Of a stretch of 64,000 bases of DNA, positions 48,240-57,177 are shown one piece after another. A model generated the notes under the pieces. That model saw only the letters and a program-made list of their open reading frames with translations, had not been told where the DNA came from and made no database searches. The stretch is from a virus, in IMG/VR virus record IMGVR_UViG_3300008954_000003, positions 64,001 through 128,000 of that record; one strand, 5' to 3'. The first letter of the stretch is position 1. Every line of letters begins with the position of its first letter. Position numbers and translations under genes: made by a program.

Positions 48240-48285
48240 GTGGGCATTCAAACACGCCCTTACGGGCGACAAGGAGCAAAAATTT

Positions 48286-49032
48286 ATGTTAAACATGGAA
48301 AAACTTAAACAACGATACAACGATTTACAAAACAAGAATAGCGGCGGAAGCAAGTACCTGAAACTTCCTGAAAATGGAACAGCGGTCATTCGTTTGGTTC
48401 CGACACCGGATGGAGATCCCTTCCGAAGTTATTACGTTCACTACAGAGTTCTTGACAAGGGGTCTGTGCTTTGTCCCAAGAGAAATTTTGGTGACAAGTG
48501 TGCCATTTGTGACTTCACCTCAAAACTTTACAATGAAGGAAGTGATGAGAGTAAGAAGGAAGCGTCGAAGATCGTTGCAAAGCAGCGGTTCTTCTCTATT
48601 GCTGTCAAGCGTGGTGAAGAGGAAGACGGTGTAAAATATTGGGGTTATAGTCCGACAGTCTATGCAGAACTGATGGGTTATTTCATGGACCCCGACTATG
48701 GTGATTTGTCACACCCTGATACAGGAACAGATCTCACCATCAAGCGTTATAAGGACGGTGGTTCTTACTTGAAAACAAAGGCCACTCCGAAGCGCAAGTC
48801 AACACCAGTTTCTGTTGATGATAAGATCAGAGGCAAGATTCTTGATTTTGAACCTGATTTTGAGTCACTGAATGTTCGACGCACATCTGATGAGGTCGCG
48901 ACAATTCTTGATGAGTACCTGCTTGGAAGCAATTCTGAGTCTGAAGGAGGTGATGAGCCAGAAACTCAGAACATTCCGATGGATCAGCCACAATCAGTGG
49001 AAGATACTTTTAAGGACTTGCTTGGTGCTTAA
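48286..49032 (+). CDS. single-stranded DNA-binding protein (gp32-like)
   Basis: IRLVP, H...CPKRNFGDKCAIC zinc site, DYGD....GTDL.I, acidic tail; SD AAGGAG. Confidence 0.82.
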   Translation: MLNMEKLKQRYNDLQNKNSGGSKYLKLPENGTAVIRLVPTPDGDPFRSYYVHYRVLDKGSVLCPKRNFGDKCAICDFTSKLYNEGSDESKKEASKIVAKQRFFSIAVKRGEEEDGVKYWGYSPTVYAELMGYFMDPDYGDLSHPDTGTDLTIKRYKDGGSYLKTKATPKRKSTPVSVDDKIRGKILDFEPDFESLNVRRTSDEVATILDEYLLGSNSESEGGDEPETQNIPMDQPQSVEDTFKDLLGA

Positions 49033-49052
49033 GTAAATCAGAGGGTTGCGAA

Positions 49053-49084
49053 ATGGAGGGGGAGGCTTTTGCCTCCCCCTCCAT
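49053..49084 (+). terminator. 14-bp perfect hairpin between SSB and RecA (no U tract)
   Basis: ATGGAGGGGGAGGC-TTTT-GCCTCCCCCTCCAT. Confidence 0.6.
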
Positions 49085-49099
49085 CATAAAGGAGAAGTC

Positions 49100-50260
49100 A
49101 TGGCAAAGAAAAAGAAAGTGAAAGCAGAAGGTCGTTTGTCAATTGCTGAGATGAGAAAGCTTGTGAACAAGAAGGCTGGCATCGACGTTGCTTATGATCT
49201 CACAAAAAAGAATCCGACAGATGTTTATGATTGGATATCCACAGGCTCACGTTGGCTTGATTCGATTATCTGTCGTGGAAAATTGGCCGGCATTCCCATG
49301 GGGAAAGTTGTTGAACTCGCAGGGCTTGAAGCGACAGGCAAGAGTTATATGGCCGCACAAATCGCAAAGAACGCACAAGAGAGAGGGGTAGATGTTGTAT
49401 ATTTTGACGCAGAGTCTGCAATTGATACGGAGTTTCTTAAAAACACTGGTTGCGATATCGAAAATTTGCTATACGTTCAAGCAGCGTCTGTTGAATTTGT
49501 TCTTGAAACTATTGAAGATTTATTGGCAAACAGTGGAAGTCCTATGCTCTTTGTATGGGATTCCATTGCGATGACACCAGCGGTGTCTGACGTTGAAGGA
49601 GACTTCAACCCCAATTCATCTGTTGGTGTCAAGGCGCGTGTGTTTGCAAAGGGAATGACAAAGATTATCCAACTGCTTGCAAACACAAGGTCAACGCTGC
49701 TCTGCCTGAATCAACTGAAGACCTTCATTCCGAAGGATAACGCACAAAGAATTCAAGCAATGATTGAACCGTATACGACACCGGGCGGCAAAGCTTTGAA
49801 CTATTCATATTCACTAAGAATTTGGTTGACGAATAGAAAATCAAAAGCAAGCTATCTAACGAACGAAGCAGGCTTCAGAATTGGTTCCGAGGTTAAGGCA
49901 AAGATTAAGAAGTCGCGCTTTGGAACAGACGGAAGAACATGCGCCTTCAAGATTCTCTGGGGAACAGACGACGTTGCAGTCCGTGATGAAGAGTCTTGGT
50001 TCGAAGCAATCAAGAACTCAGAGAGGTTGAAGCTTGCTGGTTCGTGGTATACTCTCATGTTCAGAGATGGAAAAGAAAAGAGGTTCCAGTCAAAGCAATG
50101 GCTTACACTATTGAAAGATAAAGATTTCAAGAAAGAAGTAATGAACGTGATGGACGAAGAAGTAATTCAAAAGTTTGACGATAAAACAGGCAATGCTGAG
50201 TTGTTTTACGATGTCGACAAGGAGGAGAGTGGTGCCGAGTCTGTACGCGATGATGAATAA
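49100..50260 (+). CDS. recA: RecA/UvsX recombinase
   Basis: ISTGS..LD, Walker A GLEATGKS, YFDAE, VWDS, NQL, TPGGKA; start at ATG 49100 after AAGGAG. Confidence 0.92.
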   Translation: MAKKKKVKAEGRLSIAEMRKLVNKKAGIDVAYDLTKKNPTDVYDWISTGSRWLDSIICRGKLAGIPMGKVVELAGLEATGKSYMAAQIAKNAQERGVDVVYFDAESAIDTEFLKNTGCDIENLLYVQAASVEFVLETIEDLLANSGSPMLFVWDSIAMTPAVSDVEGDFNPNSSVGVKARVFAKGMTKIIQLLANTRSTLLCLNQLKTFIPKDNAQRIQAMIEPYTTPGGKALNYSYSLRIWLTNRKSKASYLTNEAGFRIGSEVKAKIKKSRFGTDGRTCAFKILWGTDDVAVRDEESWFEAIKNSERLKLAGSWYTLMFRDGKEKRFQSKQWLTLLKDKDFKKEVMNVMDEEVIQKFDDKTGNAELFYDVDKEESGAESVRDDE

Positions 50261-50408
50261 AACGGTGCTTGATCAGGATCAGACGATTGAAAAATTGCAG
50301 GCAGAGATTAAACGTCTCCGAGAAGGCATCAAGGCCGCATTGGAGGCTGATGATAGCGCCTGGGCAGATGATATATTGAGAGAGGCACTAAAGGAAAACA
50401 ATGAATAA
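50250..50408 (+). CDS. small coiled-coil hypothetical protein
   Basis: Overlaps both neighbours. Confidence 0.45.
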   Translation: MMNKTVLDQDQTIEKLQAEIKRLREGIKAALEADDSAWADDILREALKENNE

Positions 50409-51495
50409 GATAACACTTTATAAAACTGATTCAAAAGGAAAGACAAGGGTCTGGTCAATTTGGACAGAAGAAGACTCAATTTATACAGAGCATGGTTTGC
50501 TCGATGGCAAGACACAGATCTCTGAGAAGAAAGCTGTTGGCAAAAACATTGGAAAGGCCAACGAGACACTGCCTGAAGAACAGGCAGAACTTGAAGCAAA
50601 GTCTATTGCAAAAAAGAAGCAAGATAAAGGCTACGCTTCGTCTGTTGCAAAGAAAGGAACAGTGAGACTGAGCCCTATGCTTGCCCATAAGTGGGATCCC
50701 AAAAAGAAAAAACTCACCTACCCTGTTGATACTCAACCAAAACTTGATGGCGTTCGTTGCCTTGCATATTGGAAAGACGGCAAGATTGCTCTTATGAGTC
50801 GTGGTGGTAAACCATATAATGTTCCTCATATCGCAAGCGAACTTGATCAAAAAGGTCTTCCAAAAAATATCGTATTGGATGGGGAGCTTTATATTCATGG
50901 AATGCCGTTTCAGCTTTTCATGAGGCTCGTAAAAAAGAACAGGCCGGAAAGCATTGAATTGAAATTCTATGTTTATGATGTTGTTGACCTCAAGAAATTG
51001 GATGATACATGGTCAGCTCGTAAAGACACAATCGATGATGTCTTTGAGGAAACCTTGAATGATTGCGAATATATCTTTCCTATAAAAACAGGAACAGTGA
51101 TTTCTGAAGAAGAGGTCTTTGATATGCAGGCTTATTATATCAAGAAGGGTTATGAAGGGCTCATCATCAGACTTGATGATGGCAAATATAAGCTTGGACA
51201 TAGAAGCAGAGACTTGTTGAAATTCAAAAACTTTGATGATGAAGAATTCACAATTGTTGGTAGCACCAATGGCAAAGGCAAGATGATAGACGCTGTGATT
51301 TGGACATGCGAGACAATAGATGGCCAACAATTTCAGGTTGTTCCCGAGGGAACAATGGAACAACGAAAAGATTGGCTCAAATCAGCAGAAAGTTTTTATG
51401 GTAAACAACTCACAGTGCGATTCTTTGGGAAGAGTGAGGACAACATTCCACGTTTCCCAATTGGCAAAGCAATCCGAATTAAGGAGGACAAGTAA
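50401..51495 (+). CDS. ATP-dependent DNA ligase
   Basis: QPKLDGVRC (motif I), LDGELY, YDVV, YEGLIIR, LLKFK, PRFP. Confidence 0.93.
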   Translation: MNKITLYKTDSKGKTRVWSIWTEEDSIYTEHGLLDGKTQISEKKAVGKNIGKANETLPEEQAELEAKSIAKKKQDKGYASSVAKKGTVRLSPMLAHKWDPKKKKLTYPVDTQPKLDGVRCLAYWKDGKIALMSRGGKPYNVPHIASELDQKGLPKNIVLDGELYIHGMPFQLFMRLVKKNRPESIELKFYVYDVVDLKKLDDTWSARKDTIDDVFEETLNDCEYIFPIKTGTVISEEEVFDMQAYYIKKGYEGLIIRLDDGKYKLGHRSRDLLKFKNFDDEEFTIVGSTNGKGKMIDAVIWTCETIDGQQFQVVPEGTMEQRKDWLKSAESFYGKQLTVRFFGKSEDNIPRFPIGKAIRIKEDK

Positions 51496-51635
51496 TGGCC
51501 AGCAAGAAAAACTCTTCAAAGAGGAGTGAAACGAAAAGTAAAAAGACAAGACAGGGCAATGGAAAATTTTCCAAATACGCCCACAATAAGAAGAGCAAGC
51601 TATATAAAAAGAGGTATAAGGGACAAGGCAAATAA
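51495..51635 (+). CDS. 46-aa highly basic protein (KKTRQG...YKGQGK)
   Basis: TAATG coupling to ligase, SD AAGGAGG; MASKKNSSKRSETKSKKTRQGNGKFSKYAHNKKSKLYKKRYKGQGK. Confidence 0.75.
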   Translation: MASKKNSSKRSETKSKKTRQGNGKFSKYAHNKKSKLYKKRYKGQGK

Positions 51636-51657
51636 ATGTATACCCCAAGGAGAAGCC

Positions 51658-52131
51658 ATGAGTGAGGATTATATTTGGGACGACGGTTATGAGGAAATGG
51701 ACGATGACGAATATGAAGAATGGCTTCTCGGTTACGATGAGGACTTGGAGCGACAAAATCTTGTTTTTGTCTATGGTTCTTTGATGAGCGGGATGGGAAA
51801 CCATGGCCTTATGGAACATGAAGAAGCAAAATTTGTTGAAGAAACTTTTACAAAAGACAATTTCATTATGAAGGATCTTGGTTACTTCCCAGCAGCAAGC
51901 AAAGACAAGTCTGGTGTTCCAATAAAAGGTGAAGTTTACGATGTCGATATCGAAGCGATGATTTCTCTTGATCAGCTTGAAGGGCATCCAAATTTTTATG
52001 AAAGAATCAAGGTGCCCCTTGAAAACAATATGGAAGCTTGGATGTATCTTGTTCCAAGAGATCGGATTATGGGAATTAAAATTGAATCTGGTGACTGGCG
52101 ACAATATGCCAAAGAAAGAGGACTTAAATGA
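51658..52131 (+). CDS. gamma-glutamylcyclotransferase (AIG2-like) with acidic N-terminus
   Basis: VFVYGSLM, GEVY, LDQLEGHP..YER, AWMY; SD AAGGAG before ATG 51658. Confidence 0.85.
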   Translation: MSEDYIWDDGYEEMDDDEYEEWLLGYDEDLERQNLVFVYGSLMSGMGNHGLMEHEEAKFVEETFTKDNFIMKDLGYFPAASKDKSGVPIKGEVYDVDIEAMISLDQLEGHPNFYERIKVPLENNMEAWMYLVPRDRIMGIKIESGDWRQYAKERGLK

Positions 52132-52373
52132 AGAATGATATTGAAATGTTGAACCTCGCCGACGCCCTTGACCGGGCGCAGGCTGAGATCGCGAAGTTGC
52201 GCGTCATCGAGGCGGCAAACCGGCGCTGGCGACAGCAGGTTATCAGCGCCTGTAATGACGACGAGCCCTGCCGCCACTTTGGCGGCGAACTGCACGCTGA
52301 CGGCACCTGCTATGTGTGCGGTCGCGTTCCGCCGACTGCGGCAGACGCCACGCTGGAGGCCCGAGATGACTAG
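52128..52373 (+). CDS. hypothetical protein (coiled coil + C/H zinc motif)
   Basis: AT-rich start joined to GC-rich body; C.H......CYVCG. Confidence 0.55.
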   Translation: MKNDIEMLNLADALDRAQAEIAKLRVIEAANRRWRQQVISACNDDEPCRHFGGELHADGTCYVCGRVPPTAADATLEARDD

Positions 52374-52851
52374 CAAACTGACACGTCAGATCGAAACCAC
52401 CGCCCAGCAGACCCCGTGTCCCGCTGCCGTGGAATGGCTCGGCCGACGCCGGAGTCCCACACGGGCGTGGCGCGACTGCCAGCGCGGCGACTGGATGCTG
52501 TGGCTGCTCGGTCATTCTGGCGGTGACCACCGGACACTGGTGCTGGCCGCGTGCGACTGCGCGGAGCTGGCGCTGGTGCATGTACCGGAGGGTGAGGAAC
52601 GACCGAGGCGAGCGATCGAGACTGCCAGGGCGTGGGCTCGCGGTGACGACGGGGTGTCACTGCGGGATGTGCGGGCAGCCTATGCCGCCGCCTATGCCGC
52701 CGCCGATGCCGCCTATGCCGCCGCCGATGCCGCCTATGCCGCCGCCTATGCCGCCGATGCCGCCGCCGCCGCCCGCGCAGAGACGCACGCCCAGTGCGCC
52801 GACATCGTGCGCCGGCATTTTCCCGACCCGCCTGCGCTGGGAGGTGAGTGA
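52366..52851 (+). CDS. Imm5-like helical protein with Ala/Tyr/Asp repeat
   Basis: LAACDCAE..L......RPRRAIE.AR.W..G then AAYAAAYAAADAA; SD GGAGG. Confidence 0.6.
   Translation: MTSKLTRQIETTAQQTPCPAAVEWLGRRRSPTRAWRDCQRGDWMLWLLGHSGGDHRTLVLAACDCAELALVHVPEGEERPRRAIETARAWARGDDGVSLRDVRAAYAAAYAAADAAYAAADAAYAAAYAADAAAAARAETHAQCADIVRRHFPDPPALGGE
52678..52773 (+). repeat. (GCC)n microsatellite interrupted by TAT/GAT
   Basis: Read directly. Confidence 0.9.
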
Positions 52852-53084
52852 TGGGTGAGCACCCACGATGCCCGCGCTGCGGTGGTCCTGTCGTCTCGGC
52901 CATGATGACCAGCAATGCCATCGAGGCAGACGGCAGCAAGCTGAAATACCCCTATCGAAACCGCACGCTGTACTACGCACCCGCCGCCTTGTCGGTCTAC
53001 TGCTGCAACGCTGATTGCAACTACGATGCGCCGCTGGCGTCCATCCCATACCCGCCACGGGAGGCCCGAGATGAAACCGACTGA
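52851..53084 (+). CDS. small zinc-ribbon protein
   Basis: CPRCG...CCNADC; SD GGAGGTG. Confidence 0.55.
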   Translation: MGEHPRCPRCGGPVVSAMMTSNAIEADGSKLKYPYRNRTLYYAPAALSVYCCNADCNYDAPLASIPYPPREARDETD

Positions 53085-53232
53085 GATCGAGCAGATGGAC
53101 ATCGTTGAGCGACTCTTGGAGCCAACCAAATGCTCCGCAGCACGGTGCGAGAATCTCATGGACGCAGCCCACGAAGCCATCGTCCGCACACTCGACCCAG
53201 AAAAACAAAAGGAACAAAATGAAAAAGAATAG
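53071..53232 (+). CDS. small hypothetical protein
   Basis: SD GGAGG; GC-rich body with AT-rich 3' end. Confidence 0.5.
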   Translation: MKPTEIEQMDIVERLLEPTKCSAARCENLMDAAHEAIVRTLDPEKQKEQNEKE

Positions 53233-54193
53233 AGTACTGATTATAGATGGCCTCAATAGCTACTACAGATCACTTATTGTAAATCCCACACTCACCCCCA
53301 ACGGCTTACCTGTCGGGGGTGTTGTTGGTTTTTTAAAAACAATGCAAGTCTTTTTAAGAGAGATACGACCAGACCATATTATTGTTTGTTGGGATGGCCC
53401 CGGAGGGTCACAGAAACGACGAGCAATGAGCAGTGGTTATAAAGAGGGCCGCAAACCAATGCGGTTTAACAGAAGAGAAGTCCAGCTAACACCTGAACAG
53501 GAAGATGAAAACAAACTGTGGCAGCAGACACACCTTATTGAATACCTGAGTAACATGCCACTGACACAGTTCATCTTTGATGGTATCGAAGCTGATGATA
53601 TCATTGCATCTGTTATAAAAGAGTATCCCGGATGGGAAAAAGTTATTGTGTCAAGCGACAAAGATTTTTTCCAGTTGGCCGATGAAGAGACAATCATTTA
53701 CCGCCCTATTCAAAAGAAGTTTGTCTCAAGAAAAACTCTTGTTGAAGATTTTAAAATTCACCCAACAAACTTTGCATTGGCAAAGGCGATTGTTGGCGAT
53801 AAGAGCGATAATGTTGAGGGTATCCGTGGGGCAGGGTTCACAACCCTTGCAAAGAAGATCCCCCTCTTCATCGAAGAGGACACAAAGACAATCACAGACA
53901 TTGTTCAGTTTTGCAAGGACTATGAAGGCAAGCTGAAACTCTTTGATAAGATTGTTGAACAGGAAGAGAAAATCAAAGAGAACTATAAGATTGTGCAGTT
54001 ATATTCACCTCTTGTATCTGGTGGGGTGAGAATGAAAATCAGAAATTTGCTGTCAAAGTATCCGTTCGATCTTAACAAGACACAAATTACAAAAATGATG
54101 ATCCTTGACGGGATCGCCCAGTACAACTGGACAGGCATGTTCGCAAATTTGCAAAACATTTCATACAACAAGACACCATTCAGATCGTCTTGA
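53219..54193 (+). CDS. 5'-3' exonuclease / flap endonuclease (T4 RNase H-like)
   Basis: LIIDG, WDG, YKEGR, EADDII, SSDKDFFQL, GDKSDNV.G. Confidence 0.92.
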   Translation: MKKNRVLIIDGLNSYYRSLIVNPTLTPNGLPVGGVVGFLKTMQVFLREIRPDHIIVCWDGPGGSQKRRAMSSGYKEGRKPMRFNRREVQLTPEQEDENKLWQQTHLIEYLSNMPLTQFIFDGIEADDIIASVIKEYPGWEKVIVSSDKDFFQLADEETIIYRPIQKKFVSRKTLVEDFKIHPTNFALAKAIVGDKSDNVEGIRGAGFTTLAKKIPLFIEEDTKTITDIVQFCKDYEGKLKLFDKIVEQEEKIKENYKIVQLYSPLVSGGVRMKIRNLLSKYPFDLNKTQITKMMILDGIAQYNWTGMFANLQNISYNKTPFRSS

Positions 54194-54218
54194 CTAGAAC
54201 ACTCAGATTCAGTATAAT
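54190..54218 (+). promoter_or_regulatory. sigma70 promoter TTGACT-N17-TATAAT
   Basis: Near-consensus; before the helicase SD. Confidence 0.85.
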
Positions 54219-54241
54219 ATCCAACACACAGGAGGGAGATA

Positions 54242-55627
54242 ATGGACTTCGACCAAAAGGTTGATTTTTCACGTTTTGGAAAGCTCTTTCAAGAGAAGCT
54301 TGTTCACATTATGTATCAGGATCGCCCTTTTTGCGATCAATTTCGAGAGGTTCTTGATGTTAACTTTCTTGAACTGAAACATCTGCAAGTTTTTGTTTTG
54401 AAACTGCTCGATTATAAAGACAAATATAGCACACACCCGTCAGATTCAGCAATGATCACGATGTTGCGTGCAGATCTTGACGATGAAAACGAAGCAACAC
54501 AAAAAATGGTGCGTGAATATTTTGCGAGATGCCTTGCGAACAAGGCGATTGAAGATGAAATGTTCATCAAAGAGACGGCGCTTGACTTTTGCAAGAAGCA
54601 GAAGCTCAAGACTGCCCTCATAAAGTCCGCACAATTGCTTCAGAAGGCTTCGTTTGATGAAATCAGTTCCCTCATCGGGGAAGCACTCAAACTCGGCATG
54701 AACAACGATATAGGCTATGATTACATCAAAGACTTTGAGCAGAGATATATGATGAAGTCGAGAAACCCCATCACAACAGGCTGGGATCTTGTTGATAAGC
54801 TGACAAAGGGTGGTCATGGCAAGGGAGAACTTGGCGTTGTCATTGCTCCAACAGGAGCAGGTAAATCTATGGCCCTTGTTCATCTTGGTGCCGCTGCATT
54901 GAAGGCGGGCAAATCCATTGTTCATTATACAATGGAACTCAGTGAAACTGTTATCGGAACACGTTACGATGCGTGTTTGACAAACTATTCTTTGAAAGAT
55001 TTGTTTACATTTAAAGAAGATGTGTTCGATGAAGTTAAGAAGTACAAAGACAAGCTTATTATCAAGGAATATCCAACAAAGAAGGCGACAACAGCAACGT
55101 TGAGAAATCATCTTGAAAAACTCAAGAATATCAACCACGATGTTGATCTTGTCATTGTTGATTATGGCGATCTGTTAAGACCGATCAAGGTGTACCGTGA
55201 AAAACGCATGGAACTTGAGACAATCTATGAGGATTTGAGAGGCATCGCACAGGAACTTGAGTGCCCTGTGTGGACGGCTTCACAGACAAACAGATCCGGC
55301 CTCAATGCTGAAGTTATTACAATGGAAAGCATTGCAGAAGCATTTAGCAAGTGTTATGTTGCCGATCTTATTCTCACACTGTCGAGAACAATTGAAGATA
55401 AGAACGCCAATGGTGGTCGTGTTTTCATTGCGAAAAATCGTAACGGTCCTGATGGCTTGGTGTATCCTGTTTTCATGGACACAGCCTCAATTAGGATTGA
55501 GGTTCTTGAACCAACAGGTGAAACAGTTGAAGACATAAAAGAGAATGCTTTGAAGAAACAAAAGAATCGTATCAAAGAATTATATAAAGATTTCAAAAAG
55601 AATGGAGGTGATAAGGATGAAGAGTGA
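54242..55627 (+). CDS. replicative DnaB-like helicase (gp41-like)
   Basis: Walker A APTGAGKS, YTMEL, IKEYP, VDYGDL, WTASQTNR, KNRNGPDG. Confidence 0.93.
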   Translation: MDFDQKVDFSRFGKLFQEKLVHIMYQDRPFCDQFREVLDVNFLELKHLQVFVLKLLDYKDKYSTHPSDSAMITMLRADLDDENEATQKMVREYFARCLANKAIEDEMFIKETALDFCKKQKLKTALIKSAQLLQKASFDEISSLIGEALKLGMNNDIGYDYIKDFEQRYMMKSRNPITTGWDLVDKLTKGGHGKGELGVVIAPTGAGKSMALVHLGAAALKAGKSIVHYTMELSETVIGTRYDACLTNYSLKDLFTFKEDVFDEVKKYKDKLIIKEYPTKKATTATLRNHLEKLKNINHDVDLVIVDYGDLLRPIKVYREKRMELETIYEDLRGIAQELECPVWTASQTNRSGLNAEVITMESIAEAFSKCYVADLILTLSRTIEDKNANGGRVFIAKNRNGPDGLVYPVFMDTASIRIEVLEPTGETVEDIKENALKKQKNRIKELYKDFKKNGGDKDEE

Positions 55628-55844
55628 TTATGTTGTGCCAGTGTTTCTTGTGCTGTTTATTAGTGCGATACTTATTGGAAGCGGGTTCCTCATAAAAAGA
55701 GATGCGGATTGGTCCGTTAAGTGTGCAGAAATATGTATGCCAGATCCCCACACTAAGATAAACTTCAGCGAAGTAAAGCACTGTGTTTGTTTTAAGGATG
55801 GCGTCTGGCATCCAAAAGATTGGTTGGGGGGTGAAAATGAGTGA
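55617..55844 (+). CDS. small membrane-anchored Cys-containing protein
   Basis: N-terminal TM, C..C..C.C; SD GGAGGTG. Confidence 0.5.
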   Translation: MKSDYVVPVFLVLFISAILIGSGFLIKRDADWSVKCAEICMPDPHTKINFSEVKHCVCFKDGVWHPKDWLGGENE

Positions 55845-56190
55845 CAAGAAGGATATCATTGTGGACCTCAAAGCGGTTGCCAGACAACAACGGTATTTTT
55901 CCAAGAAAGAGAAGATATGGACAGCGGTTGTTTGTGATGATGCTGTGTCTGAAATTGAAAGACTCAAAAAAGAGGTCAAAAGACTTCAAGGTGTTGTAGA
56001 TGTGCTTGAACGCGAAAGCGCGTTTAAAATAAAACTGAGAGGTGTAAGAAGGTTGGAGTTTAGTTCTGTCGGCGACGAGTTTAAAGTCGATCCAATGTAC
56101 TTTGGCAGTTGCCCTGTTTGTATGTCTGTTCCGACACCAACAGCTTCGCTTTGTAAGGATTGCGAAAAGGATATTGCAAATGAGTATTAA
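55837..56190 (+). CDS. hypothetical protein with C-terminal zinc finger
   Basis: CPVC...CKDC. Confidence 0.5.
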   Translation: MSDKKDIIVDLKAVARQQRYFSKKEKIWTAVVCDDAVSEIERLKKEVKRLQGVVDVLERESAFKIKLRGVRRLEFSSVGDEFKVDPMYFGSCPVCMSVPTPTASLCKDCEKDIANEY

Positions 56191-56362
56191 AAAATTGATT
56201 ATATTTGCGGCACTGTTGTTGTTCTCTTGTTCATCGGCACCTGTTGCCTCTGCGAAGGGCTGTTGTTCACATCATGGTGGTATCGTTGGCTGCTCTTTTG
56301 GGAAGTTCAAGTGTTATGACGGGACGTATAGTATGACTTGCAAATGTGGAGATAAAAAATGA
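56180..56362 (+). CDS. small secreted Cys-rich peptide (GCCSHHGG type)
   Basis: Signal peptide plus KGCCSHHGGIVGC...C.DG..S..C.C. Confidence 0.6.
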   Translation: MSIKKLIIFAALLLFSCSSAPVASAKGCCSHHGGIVGCSFGKFKCYDGTYSMTCKCGDKK

Positions 56363-56478
56363 ATCTTAAAAAAACATACGTTTATAGAACGGCAATGACA
56401 TTGATATGGAGAGCTGCGTATCGTACATATTGCTGGGCTGAAGATAGAAGGCCGGCAGGAGGGTGGTTGAATGACTAA
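56359..56478 (+). CDS. 39-aa hypothetical peptide
   Basis: ATGA overlap with the previous gene; fills the gap. Confidence 0.35.
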   Translation: MNLKKTYVYRTAMTLIWRAAYRTYCWAEDRRPAGGWLND

Positions 56479-56755
56479 GCTTGTAAGAGATAAAATACCA
56501 GACTTATTCCCAGGGGGACAGTATCATACTGCGGACGATGCAGAGTTTAGACAGCGACTCATCGACAAAGTGAAGGAAGAAGTTCAAGAGTTTGAAGAGA
56601 ATCCTTGTCTTGAGGAAGCCGCTGATATATATGAAGTTTTTATGGCAATGATAAGAGCGCACAATATGTTTTTGTCAGATGTTATTTTTGAGGCGCATAA
56701 AAAGAAATTAAGTAGGGGCGGCTTTAATAAAAAAGCTGTATGGGTGAAAGAATGA
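56471..56755 (+). CDS. MazG-like all-alpha NTP pyrophosphohydrolase
   Basis: KLVRDKIP, KVKEEVQE, EEAADIYEV, K...RGGF. Confidence 0.82.
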   Translation: MTKLVRDKIPDLFPGGQYHTADDAEFRQRLIDKVKEEVQEFEENPCLEEAADIYEVFMAMIRAHNMFLSDVIFEAHKKKLSRGGFNKKAVWVKE

Positions 56756-57177
56756 ATATTGGAATAACAGGAAGTAGAAAAGAACCAACAGAAAAACAAC
56801 AACAGGTTCTCAAAGAAAAGCTGAAAGAGGTTTGCCCCGATTGGATTCACCACGGTGATTGTCTTGGCGCAGATCGAATGGCTCATGATATTGCAGTGAG
56901 GTTTGGGATAAAGACGCACATTCATCCCCCAACTAATGGAAAATATAGAGCCTTCTGCAAGGGAGATCAAAAAGAAAAGAGATATGATTATCTTGTTAGG
57001 GATCAAAACATCGTTAACAGAAGCGAAATGCTGATCGCAATCCCATCCCATCCAGAAACTTTGCGAAGTGGCACCTGGGCAACGGTACGAAGGGCAAGAA
57101 AAAAGGGTATAGAGATCCATATAATATGGACAGATGGTAACATCACAATCGAAGGAGAACAAGATGAACAAAGTTGA
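56752..57177 (+). CDS. SLOG-superfamily (DprA/YspA-like) protein
   Basis: IGITGSR, HGDCLGAD, RDQNIV, SGTWATVR.A. Confidence 0.72.
   Translation: MNIGITGSRKEPTEKQQQVLKEKLKEVCPDWIHHGDCLGADRMAHDIAVRFGIKTHIHPPTNGKYRAFCKGDQKEKRYDYLVRDQNIVNRSEMLIAIPSHPETLRSGTWATVRRARKKGIEIHIIWTDGNITIEGEQDEQS

Larger units (their letters stand above)
52150..53200 (+). other. high-GC (~65-70%) horizontally acquired island of four small genes
   Basis: Abrupt composition shift (e.g. 39/60 GC at 52381-52440 vs 24/60 at 51001-51060); GC-rich third codon positions. Confidence 0.9.

Noticed and set aside
48211-48285. Upstream starts given by the ORF track (48211, 49046, 51526, 53105, 59234, 61534, 22496, 18422)
   Set aside because: They fall in promoters, hairpins or upstream genes; downstream ATGs with SD or gene-overlap coupling fit better
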